Shown here: positions 37,976 to 46,837 of the stretch, piece after piece
Layout of the letters: each line of letters starts with the position of its first letter
How positions within the stretch are numbered: the first letter of the stretch is position 1
Source: Chrysochromulina tobinii
Taxonomy: Eukaryota
Assembly: GCA_001275005.1 (NCBI GenBank)
Contig: JWZX01002021.1
Span: 1 to 49,042 of the forward strand
Direction: 5' to 3'
DNA length: 49,042 nt
Notes under the pieces: model-generated
Database searches by the model: none
Seen by the model: only the letters and a program-made list of their open reading frames with translations
What the model was told of the DNA's origin: nothing
Program-made: the position numbers and the translations under genes

Positions 37976-40339
37976 TCAAGCACGGTTACGCGGGACGGGG
38001 GACGGGGGACGGACACGCGGCTGATGCTGTAAAGCGTACAACTTGGCTGCTTCCGCTTGATGCTTCTTCCGCTTGTCCTCAACGCGTGCCTCAAATTCTT
38101 GCCGACTCATTTCTTCAATCTCGTTTTTCTGGGCCTCTTTTTTTACCTTCGCAGCCATGGCTCTTGCAGCGGCTTCCCGCTCGGCTTCTGCATCCAGCGC
38201 CGCCCGCGTGCGACGCACCTGAGCCGCCTGCTCGTCCGCCACTTTCTCTTCTGCCCATTCACGCTGATATCTTAGTGCGGTCGTCTTCTTACTTTGTACC
38301 TCAGCCGTCCGTCGCTTCATCTCTTCATACAGGTCGCCCCTCATCTGCATCAGATTCGTGAGCCCTAGTTTCACCTCGGCTGCGTCAAGGGAGCCATTGT
38401 GATTACTGTCCAACAGGTCGAATAGTGCAGCCAAGTCCTCTGGATCATCTGCAACAACATCCTTTTTCAGGATCTCCAATGCTTCTTTCGTGAACTCTGG
38501 TTTGGAGATCAACCCGGATCGTTCTCCCCACGATTCAACGAGTGTATGGCCGTGTAGGCCCATCAGGTTGTCGGCCTTGAGAAGTGTTCCTAGGCGGGCC
38601 CCAACTGAAGTCTTCTCAAGCTCTGCCTTAGCGACTATTGCGCTCTCGTATGCTGCCGTAGCATCGATGACCCGCTGAAGACGATCAATTTTGGCACTCA
38701 TAGCAACGAATACTTGGTCACCTTGCTTGGCCTCTTTCTGTGCTCCCTTCACGACGGCACTTAGTTCCTTGAGCATCGCTTTGATCTCGGCTACATCTAG
38801 AAAGCCGCTTAGATCCCGATCGAGCGTTTTGAAGAGTGCATCTATGTCAGGGATTTGAGCGTTCGGAAGCAGCTTCCTCACGCTCGCGCGGAACTCCATC
38901 TTTGAGGTCCTCCCGTCGCGATTTACATCAAAGTGGCGCACCAAATTGTCGATGACGGTCAGGTTACTATCTTGCTGCATCATCGTTGCTATCACCTGCC
39001 CCAGGGCAACTGAAAGGGGGCTCTTCGCATCACCATCAGCAGCAGCTTCTTCTTGCACGCGCGAAACCCCATCTTTTAGTTCCTCTTGTCTTCTTTTTAT
39101 CCGCGTCGCTTCGTTGGCTCTTTCCTTCCGTAACTGGTCGCACTCCAATTTCAAGGCAGCCGATGGAATGAGCTTGTTGAGCTGCCCGCTTTTAGATGAG
39201 TGTTCAAATGAGTCCGCTGAACCATCAGAGCCGCTAGCGGCTTTCGAATCACGCGATGCTCGTAGCTTGGATATTAAGGATGGGGCCGATGGGCTGCCGA
39301 AAGCCCCTCCAGTTTTCTGGGAAGGCCGTTGAGTAGTCGGGCTGTGCGATGACGAGGCCCTTTCTCCAGATATTCCCGTTTTCAATACACCTTGAGCCGG
39401 GAGACTTGAGGAGGACGAGGAGTAGAAGCCCCCTCTAATGATTGGACGAGTCGGCGATATGACCAGCACAACCAAGGACGAAGGCCCTTGAGCTGGACGA
39501 TCGGCACTTTGGCGCGCCGAGAGAAGGGAACGATCGGATTCCGGAGAGGGGACGATCGGATTGGTCGGCGTCAATTTCAGCGATGGCGAGTCTGGCGGGA
39601 GTGATATCCTGAGCCTCGACGTGCCCTGTTTGTGCTGGCCATCCTCGAGGAGCTCGACGACATTTGGATGGTAACGAGCGCTGCGCACGGTGATCCATCC
39701 GAGTGGTGCTTCGACGAGGGGCTTGGGCAGTCCGAGCACCACCACGTGTGCACGCACCGCGCCGTCGACTCGCTTGAGCTCGGTAATGTGCAGTCGTGTC
39801 CCTTGCGAGAGCTGCCTCACATACTCTGAGTCAGTCGACGCGTTCCGCCTCATCTTGAGGGAGTGGCACGTGACCTCAAAAATCGGCCGAGCATACTTGT
39901 TGACGCGCAAGACGCCATCCGAGCTGAGGATTGATAGCCAACCGGCCTGCGTCGTCAGGCGCTCACGGTCTGTGGCACTGCCCAGTGCGTCCGGAGCGAC
40001 GACGCGCATGGAGTCCATCCCAGCCAGTGAAATGTACAATCTCTTTGTGCCATCTTCTAGCACGCAAGTAGCCAACGGCTTGATGACTGTACCTGGAGGA
40101 AGTTCGGCGACGATATCGGAGTTGGGATCCACGGACCGCGTAACGATGGCCATCGCATCGCTTCCTTTCAGCTCGGCGAGTTCAGCTCGCCGACTAGGTG
40201 GCAAGGCAACCTCAAAGAGCCCACTCTCCGGTGGCAAGGGCTGAAACGAAGGCGCTCGACGAGGTCTATGACTGTGTTGATCAAGGGCCTTTGTCCGAGG
40301 ACTGGGGGCCCATTCCTGATTCCAGAGATGCCACGGCAT
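37976..40339 (-). CDS. EF-hand and coiled-coil protein with two N-terminal SH3b-like domains (787 aa)
   Basis: EF loops DVNRDGRTSKME, DRDLSGFLDVAE and DSNHNGSLDAAE. SH3b-like IVTRSVDPNSDIVAELPPGT...GWLS and LKMRRNASTDSEYVRQLSQGT...GWIT. The 40357 start is GTG; first ATG is 40339. Confidence 0.8.
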   Translation of the reverse strand: MPWHLWNQEWAPSPRTKALDQHSHRPRRAPSFQPLPPESGLFEVALPPSRRAELAELKGSDAMAIVTRSVDPNSDIVAELPPGTVIKPLATCVLEDGTKRLYISLAGMDSMRVVAPDALGSATDRERLTTQAGWLSILSSDGVLRVNKYARPIFEVTCHSLKMRRNASTDSEYVRQLSQGTRLHITELKRVDGAVRAHVVVLGLPKPLVEAPLGWITVRSARYHPNVVELLEDGQHKQGTSRLRISLPPDSPSLKLTPTNPIVPSPESDRSLLSARQSADRPAQGPSSLVVLVISPTRPIIRGGFYSSSSSSLPAQGVLKTGISGERASSSHSPTTQRPSQKTGGAFGSPSAPSLISKLRASRDSKAASGSDGSADSFEHSSKSGQLNKLIPSAALKLECDQLRKERANEATRIKRRQEELKDGVSRVQEEAAADGDAKSPLSVALGQVIATMMQQDSNLTVIDNLVRHFDVNRDGRTSKMEFRASVRKLLPNAQIPDIDALFKTLDRDLSGFLDVAEIKAMLKELSAVVKGAQKEAKQGDQVFVAMSAKIDRLQRVIDATAAYESAIVAKAELEKTSVGARLGTLLKADNLMGLHGHTLVESWGERSGLISKPEFTKEALEILKKDVVADDPEDLAALFDLLDSNHNGSLDAAEVKLGLTNLMQMRGDLYEEMKRRTAEVQSKKTTALRYQREWAEEKVADEQAAQVRRTRAALDAEAEREAAARAMAAKVKKEAQKNEIEEMSRQEFEARVEDKRKKHQAEAAKLYALQHQPRVRPPSPVPRNRA

Positions 40340-40706
40340 CACTCTCGAGGCACGCACTGCTTACTGCAGCACCCACCTCGGTGCACCAAGAGATTTTGAC
40401 AGCGCGGCGGAAAAAAACGCGAAGTTGCGTTTGGGGAACTCACGGGTCACGACCGACGACGCGGGAGAAGAAACGGTGAAACCAACCGCGCGGATCGGCA
40501 GCGGGGGAGCCGCGAGCGAGCGAGCGCCCGCCGCGCGGTCGCGCGGGTCAAAAACAATTGAAACGGTCACCAAAAAAAAAGGTCGCGGTCACTTCGCCGC
40601 CCACCAACGCCCACCTCCATGTACTCGTGGTGCGCGGGCTTGGGCGCGCGCGCGCGTAGGGCGCGCGTGTTCTGGAGACCTTACGCGTCACACAGCGCTC
40701 AGCCGC

Positions 40707-42188
40707 TCACTTGACGGCGGCATGCAGCATGAGCAGTTGCGGCATCTCTTTCTTGAGCTTACGCAGCAGCTTGTGACACGCGGCGTACGCGACGGGCTTC
40801 GAGACGAGAGGGCTGAACACGGCATAGAGTTCACCAAGGCCGTCCGTCTTGGCCGACGTCCACACTATCGTCATCTCGTCCTCGCTCAGCTGCATGTACT
40901 CGCGCAGCGGTCCCTTGCCCGACGTGTGGTGCACGCGGTCGTGTGCGAGCATGTAGTGGCGCATGAGGCGGCGGACGGAGCTCGTGTCATGGTAGGGCGA
41001 CTGCGGGCCAGCGTGGCAGCCCGTGCGCGGTGCCGTGTATTGCTCGAGCCCCGCAACGCTTGCCGGCACGCGGAAAAGGTAGTGGCGCACCTCCGGCACT
41101 CCGAGCTGGTCAATAGAATACTGGGGCTGGGCAAGGCTCGCAAGGATAGAGGCGCGGAAGTCGTTCTGATGCTCGAGGCGCGCCACGAATTGCGCACGAC
41201 ACTCGGCAACCACGCCGAACCCGTCCGCCTTGGGTGTTAGCAGCACCAGGCACAGCTCGGGCAAGACGAACGACACGTGGCCATACAGAAAGCCGGCTGC
41301 ATTGTATTTCGGTAGGCAGATAGGAAGCCACACCTCGTCCTCGCGGAAGGAAAAGGAGGAGCCGACGGTGTTCATCACGAGCAGCAGGTCGTCCGGGTGG
41401 AGCGCCGTGCGCTTCGGGCGGAGCAGCGTCACCAGGTGGTTGTGCGCGACCAAGACGCCGAAGAGGACGTCCGTCTTTGCGCAGACGCTGAGCAGCAGCT
41501 TGGCGAGTTCGTCGCGCACGAGTGGCGGCATGCGCAGAACAGGCGTCGCCTGCAGCAACAGCGTAGGCTCCACGGCGGCCGAGTGCAGCAGCGAGCGCAT
41601 CACGCGGTCTGTGCCGCCGAGCAGCCCGCGCGCGTCGTATGAGGCGTTGCGCGCGAAGATGCTCTCCACCTTGGAGGTAAGGATCGAAAAGATCTGTGCG
41701 TGCAGGATGCCGAGCTGCCGCCACGTGTGCTGCACGGGCTCGCCGACGCTGCTCGCGGCGACGAGGTAGAGCGGCCCGCGCATGAGGAACACGATGTGGT
41801 GCCCGCCCGCCTTGATATAACGGATCGTGTCGCCCTGGTCACTGACGAACGAGATGAGCGCCTGCAGCACGCCGAACGTGGGTGCCAGCTTGGACTCGTC
41901 GCCGTAACGCGAGAAGATGGGCTTGCCAGCCGAGGACAGGATGAAGATATGCTTCTTGTGCAGCGACCACGACTTGTCGGCGTACGGGTCCTCGAGGTCG
42001 TACCGCCGACGCGCACGCTCCAAAGCGAGCTCCTCAAGCCGAGCACCCGCCGCGACGGGTGAGCCGCCGGCCAGGGCCGCAGCGGCCGAGGCGGCGAGCG
42101 GTGGTAGCGTGTCCTCGTCCTCAGAGTCGTGGCCCGCGAGCAGCTCCGTCGCTGCTGGGGCTTCCGCGGCAGCTGCGCTCATCGACAT
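40707..42188 (-). CDS. MON1: Vacuolar fusion protein MON1/SAND (Rab7 GEF subunit), 493 aa
   Basis: KHIFILSSAGKPIFSRYGDE, GVLQALISFV, GPLYLVA, YDARGLLGGT, LHPDDL, WLPICLPKYNAAGFLY, LYAVFSPL. The 42245 start is TTG; first ATG is 42188. Confidence 0.93.
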   Translation of the reverse strand: MSMSAAAAEAPAATELLAGHDSEDEDTLPPLAASAAAALAGGSPVAAGARLEELALERARRRYDLEDPYADKSWSLHKKHIFILSSAGKPIFSRYGDESKLAPTFGVLQALISFVSDQGDTIRYIKAGGHHIVFLMRGPLYLVAASSVGEPVQHTWRQLGILHAQIFSILTSKVESIFARNASYDARGLLGGTDRVMRSLLHSAAVEPTLLLQATPVLRMPPLVRDELAKLLLSVCAKTDVLFGVLVAHNHLVTLLRPKRTALHPDDLLLVMNTVGSSFSFREDEVWLPICLPKYNAAGFLYGHVSFVLPELCLVLLTPKADGFGVVAECRAQFVARLEHQNDFRASILASLAQPQYSIDQLGVPEVRHYLFRVPASVAGLEQYTAPRTGCHAGPQSPYHDTSSVRRLMRHYMLAHDRVHHTSGKGPLREYMQLSEDEMTIVWTSAKTDGLGELYAVFSPLVSKPVAYAACHKLLRKLKKEMPQLLMLHAAVK

Positions 42189-42447
42189 GGTTTTTAGCTC
42201 AATGGCTGTGAATGTCCGAACTTCGCAATGGGAGAAAAACTCCAACTGGATAATATGTTACACAGGACCGTGCACGGTTCAGGCGCGGAGTGTACGGCCG
42301 CATCTGAGATCGGACGGCCTTCAAGCTCGGCCACCTCCATGCCCTCCAACGTTGAACGTACTCGTACCCCATCCCGCATTCAAGATTCATCTAAGATTCA
42401 TCCCGATCCCCAAGCCCAACTATAATAATCCGTTAATCGCTATAGCC

Positions 42448-42469
42448 TATATATATATATATATATATA
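42448..42469. repeat. (TA)11 microsatellite
   Basis: Seen directly in the sequence. Confidence 0.95.
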
Positions 42470-42734
42470 CATACATGCGGCGCGCGCCGCGGAAAGCGCG
42501 CCGCCGGCCTGCGCAACCTCCAGGCGGCCCTACTTGGGCGCGGCCCTACCGGATGCGCGGCCCTTTCGGAACACACAACATTCAACACACGGCATGTACA
42601 CACATAGAAGTAGTGAGTCAAGTAGCTCTCGCCATTGACAAGCTGTGCCTTCTTCTGTCGGCACGCACGCACACGCACTTTGTTGGCTCAGTTCGCCCAC
42701 CTACGCTGAACGAACGAGTCGCCTATCTGGGCGT

Positions 42735-44132
42735 CTATCTTGCTGTGTGCCTCGCCGAGCCATTACTCGAGCCAATAGCGAGGTTGCGAAGCAACGATTT
42801 GAACCGAAGGGCTGCGACGGCGCTGCCACGCTCTGTCTGGATCGGGCGCGGACTTCGTTGGCTCAGTTCACTCATGTGCTTGACGAACGAGTCGCCTCCA
42901 CGAATTGATCCTGAATGGCTGCTGGCTGGCGAGTGCGACGGCGAGGACGCGGACAACAACATCAACGGCGTCGGTAGGTTCGACGAAAAGTAGAGGCCCT
43001 CCATGCACGAGATCAGCGACTTGGCCGCCGACTCGTCGAACCGGTCGACCTCGAAGGTGTCGATCGCGATGCCTGTATCAGTCGAGAAGGCGGACAGTCC
43101 CGCGATGTTGATCCCGTGGGAGGCAAGCGTGTTCGTGATGGCCGAGAGGCTGCCTCGCCGGTCGACGAACACGCATGACAGCACGACGCCGGGCCGGTCG
43201 TGAAGGGGATGCCACGAGAGCTCGACCGAGGATGTGTGCTGCACCAGCCTTTGGAAGAGTTGGGCGTGTGTAACACGCTCCTGCGCGGTGGTCGACGTGA
43301 TGTACGACGAGGGAAGATGTGAACTGAGAGGACGTTCCTCCCGCGGGTCCACTGTCGCCGACAAAACCTGCCTCGATGCGGCGAGGCCCTCCATGCACGC
43401 GATCAGCGACTTGCCCGCCGACTCGTCGAACCGGTCGACCTCGAAGGTGTCGATCGCGATGCCCGTATCAGTTGAGAAGGCGGACAGGCCCATGATGTTG
43501 ATCTTGATCGAGGCAAGCATGCTCGCAATTGCCGAGAGGCTGCCTAGCTTGTCGATGAAGACGCATAAGAGCTCGATGACCGGCCGGCCGCTGCGTGGTG
43601 AGCTGCGGGGTTGCCACGAGATCTCAATTGTGGTTTTATTGTGGACCAGTCTGTGGATGAGCTCCTGGGCGTACATCTCACGTTCGTGCACGCTGGTCGG
43701 CGTGAGGAACGGCGGGGGAAGGTGCGCATCGGGTGCCGGGGCGTTGTCCATGGACCTATGGGAGGTTGTATCGAGGTTGAAAGGAGCGCTGGCAGCAGAG
43801 GTCGATTGGGGACGTGTGCCCTCGAGAGGGCTAGGAGGGTCGAGCCAGGATGATCTGCGCCGTGTGGTGGATGTGATGGGGACGATGCTTGCAGACGCTT
43901 TGGAGTCGCCACAAGGTGCGTGGCCGCGCTCCCTGGCTCGGTCATCGCCGTCGTCCAGGGACCTCCTCAACTTGAGCTCGCCATCCATCGAAGTTGGCGA
44001 CGCCTCTGCGATCTTCGCGGCGACCTTCTTGAACTCGATGATCTGCTCCTCCACCGATATGATCGAACTGGGCGATGGATCCGCTCCATGAGCGCAGAGA
44101 GGATGGGCAGCATCGAGAAAGCGTTGCGCCAT
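42735..44132 (-). CDS. Protein with two tandem GlnD/ACR/STY-type ACT modules and no catalytic domain (465 aa)
   Basis: CVFIDKLGSLSAIASMLASIKINIMGLSAFSTDTGIAIDTFEVD and CVFVDRRGSLSAITNTLASHGINIAGLSAFSTDTGIAIDTFEVD. The 44243 start is TTG; first ATG is 44132. Confidence 0.78.
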   Translation of the reverse strand: MAQRFLDAAHPLCAHGADPSPSSIISVEEQIIEFKKVAAKIAEASPTSMDGELKLRRSLDDGDDRARERGHAPCGDSKASASIVPITSTTRRRSSWLDPPSPLEGTRPQSTSAASAPFNLDTTSHRSMDNAPAPDAHLPPPFLTPTSVHEREMYAQELIHRLVHNKTTIEISWQPRSSPRSGRPVIELLCVFIDKLGSLSAIASMLASIKINIMGLSAFSTDTGIAIDTFEVDRFDESAGKSLIACMEGLAASRQVLSATVDPREERPLSSHLPSSYITSTTAQERVTHAQLFQRLVQHTSSVELSWHPLHDRPGVVLSCVFVDRRGSLSAITNTLASHGINIAGLSAFSTDTGIAIDTFEVDRFDESAAKSLISCMEGLYFSSNLPTPLMLLSASSPSHSPASSHSGSIRGGDSFVKHMSELSQRSPRPIQTERGSAVAALRFKSLLRNLAIGSSNGSARHTAR

Positions 44133-44565
44133 CCCCTGAAAGACCAGGACGAAAGACCGCTTCTTTTTATTGCGATCCGACACGAATCTCGAAGATATAT
44201 TTAGAGAGGTCTCCCACCATAATGTACACTTTTCGTGAGGCAATCATCTGATGATATATCTCCGAATGAATAGTTTGAGCACGATGAGATTTAAAAGAAA
44301 CGTCCAAGAAGTTCTGAGTTTCGTGATTCGCAATTGTTTTTTCGTTCGCGCGTGAATTTCTTATACTGTTCACGCACACAGTGCATACAAATGCCCTCAG
44401 GGAAAATAGATGTATAGCATGACGCGTCATGTAAGCGACATGCGAAAGATGCGATGAATGCTCCATGACCATGGAATGCTCGCGCCTGAGCTCAGGGCTA
44501 CGGCTTCTCCACCCTCGACTTCCGTATCTCCCCCGAGTCTCATGTGTGTCATCCGCTCGAGAGGC

Positions 44566-46290
44566 TCATGTGTCATGAAGTACGAATTCATTGGCAGGAC
44601 GAACATCTCGTGAATCTCGTCGATCACCACACCTGCTCGCGGCGCAGCGCTCGTCGTCCTTGTAGAGGCTGCGCGACGCTCCTCCTGCGGGCGCTGCCTG
44701 GCCGTCACTGGATGGTTTCCTCGTCGCAGCCGAGGGCAGCTCCCACTCGTCGTCATTGAGGTCGGCATCTTCGTTATCATCTTCGTCGCCATCCTCGCTC
44801 TCATGGAGCTCATCGTGCTCCTCCTCGCGGCTGCGAACCCGCTGCGGACGCATGCGAATCCTCATGCTGCCTTGCTCGACGTGCTTTGGCAGCTGCTTGC
44901 AGCACGCGATGAGCGCCACGCCCACGAGAACAAGTATCAGCACGAGGCCACCTGCTCCAACCACGAGCCGCAGCAGTATCCTGGTGTCCATGCTGGTGCT
45001 CATTTCAGAGCCCTCGATGCCAGTGACGAGCCAAGTTGGGAGCCATCCGCTGTTGGCGCTCCCGCCTCGACTCGACCCGCCGTGGTCGGCGCGAGAGGTG
45101 CCGTGTGAGGCGACGCGTTCATGATGTGCGCTGCAAGGGGGGTGCACGCAGGGCGGCGGCGGTGGCGGCGGTAGCGGCAGCATCCATGCGTCGGGCGGCG
45201 TGACTGGGGGGGAGCTGGGGGGCGTTGAGGGCGGGATGGGAGGTGCAGAGGGTGGCAGGATGCCGCACTGCACATCGAGCACACGCACATTGGCACCCCA
45301 GCCACGCAAGCGCACTGCGTCCTTGACGAGGCCGCCATCTTTGGTATGCACCGGCTCGAGCTGACCGAACGACTTGAGTGCCGCACTCACGCGCAGGCAT
45401 GAAGCCTTGCCTTCTGCTCGTCCTTCGCCGACGTCGCCGCTGACGCTGCATGTATGGATCTTGCGTGTGGAGCGCTCGATGTTGACCATTTTGGTGACAG
45501 TGAGGCCGTTGTCGCCCACGAGCTGGATTGAGATGAAGCCGCCTGCCCAGCCGGCGGTGAAGATGACATCCAGCTGGAAGTACGAGGCGGCCTTCAGATG
45601 TTCCTTCGGCTTCTTTTTGTCTTCGATCGTCTCCGCAGGCTCGTAGCTCGCGTCGGCGCCGTAGGACGCGTCGGGCGTAGAGTAGGAGTACGAGTCCTTG
45701 TACTCGAGCAGCTTGATCATGCCCTTCTGTGCGAGCACAACGTGGCCCTCGGCGGTACAGCTCGACTTCTTGAGCGTGTAGACGATCCGAGGCGGCGGTG
45801 GGCTCGGAGGTGAGGGCGGGCTCGGCGGCAGCGAAGGCATCGGGTGCAGCGGCAAAGGCGGGAGAAGTGGCGGGGGGGGCGGGCCGGGCGGCTTGGGCGG
45901 CAGGTACGGTGGTGGCAGCAAGGGTGACCTGTTGCGGCGGTACGTGCTCGGGCACCAGCCACAATCCATGCAGGCGCAGTGGTTGCAGTGCTTGCACTCG
46001 TAGCATGCATGGAAAGCGTCCCCTTCCACCATCGTTGCTGGGGAGCACCATGAGAGGCACTCAAAGATGATGCTGTCGGAGGCCGTAGAGGATGCAATGG
46101 GCGCGCACGCCTTTGCGCTGTTCACGTCCCTGTCGTAGAGGATGCAAAACTCGCATGGTTTGCACGACTCCATCGGGCAGTGCATCTTCGCGTACGTTGG
46201 AGAGCACCATCCCGCGCATGTCGGCGTCTTGAGGACGTCGACCTTCGGCGCCGTGTCGCGCGCAACGCATAAATGCGCGAGGAGCATCAT
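44566..46290 (-). CDS. Predicted type-I membrane/cell-surface protein: short signal, Cys-rich CxxWC modules, poly-Pro stalks, one TM helix, acidic cytosolic tail (574 aa)
   Basis: MMLLAHLCVA; CAGWCS...HC...CKPCEFC; CLSWCS...CKHCNHCACMDCGWC; SPPPP tracts; TM helix LVVGAGGLVLILVLVGVALIACC. Confidence 0.75.
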   Translation of the reverse strand: MMLLAHLCVARDTAPKVDVLKTPTCAGWCSPTYAKMHCPMESCKPCEFCILYDRDVNSAKACAPIASSTASDSIIFECLSWCSPATMVEGDAFHACYECKHCNHCACMDCGWCPSTYRRNRSPLLPPPYLPPKPPGPPPPPLLPPLPLHPMPSLPPSPPSPPSPPPPRIVYTLKKSSCTAEGHVVLAQKGMIKLLEYKDSYSYSTPDASYGADASYEPAETIEDKKKPKEHLKAASYFQLDVIFTAGWAGGFISIQLVGDNGLTVTKMVNIERSTRKIHTCSVSGDVGEGRAEGKASCLRVSAALKSFGQLEPVHTKDGGLVKDAVRLRGWGANVRVLDVQCGILPPSAPPIPPSTPPSSPPVTPPDAWMLPLPPPPPPPCVHPPCSAHHERVASHGTSRADHGGSSRGGSANSGWLPTWLVTGIEGSEMSTSMDTRILLRLVVGAGGLVLILVLVGVALIACCKQLPKHVEQGSMRIRMRPQRVRSREEEHDELHESEDGDEDDNEDADLNDDEWELPSAATRKPSSDGQAAPAGGASRSLYKDDERCAASRCGDRRDSRDVRPANEFVLHDT

Positions 46291-46837
46291 CGCGTACGGG
46301 CGACGCTCCTAGGCTCCTTCGCCGCATTTGTGGCTGGACACGCGCGTCAAAACAATATATTAAAAAGAAACGGCCATTACATGCACGTGTGAAATCCCGC
46401 CTCTGCACACCGCCGAGAAGAATCAATAGAATGTGTATAGATCGGTATGGAACGCGTCGCGTTGGCAACCCCGTCCATTCTCCAGACGGTTGATGCACCG
46501 CGACGGTACGGGGCGGATCTGGGCGAGACGGGCCAGGGGCCACACCGAGAGACTTGACGCGAGAGTACTGATGCCTGAACGAGGTTAAGAACGAGGTGGG
46601 TGAGCTGTACGTAGGCCGAGTCGATGTATGTAGGGAGGGTTTAAGGGAGGGTTCGACACAGGGTGGAGGGTGAGGGTCGTTATAAAATTTAGGTCATTTA
46701 GACGTGATTAAAGACGAGAACCCGTCGCCACATGCCCGTCGCGCGATTTCCGGTTCTTTCGAGTTTCGTTAATCACGCGTTTGTGTCTGACACGTCATTA
46801 CGATTGAGGCCTCGATTGCACGCAGCGCGATTACGTG

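Noticed and set aside
42735..42810. LRFKSLLRNLAIGSSNG as a remnant kinase Gly-rich loop after the ACT domains
   Set aside because: Resemblance too weak and I did not find other kinase motifs downstream.
46630..46680. Telomere-like TAGGG/AGGGTT words (also TAACCCTAAC at ~37741)
   Set aside because: Too few and too irregular to be an interstitial telomeric array.
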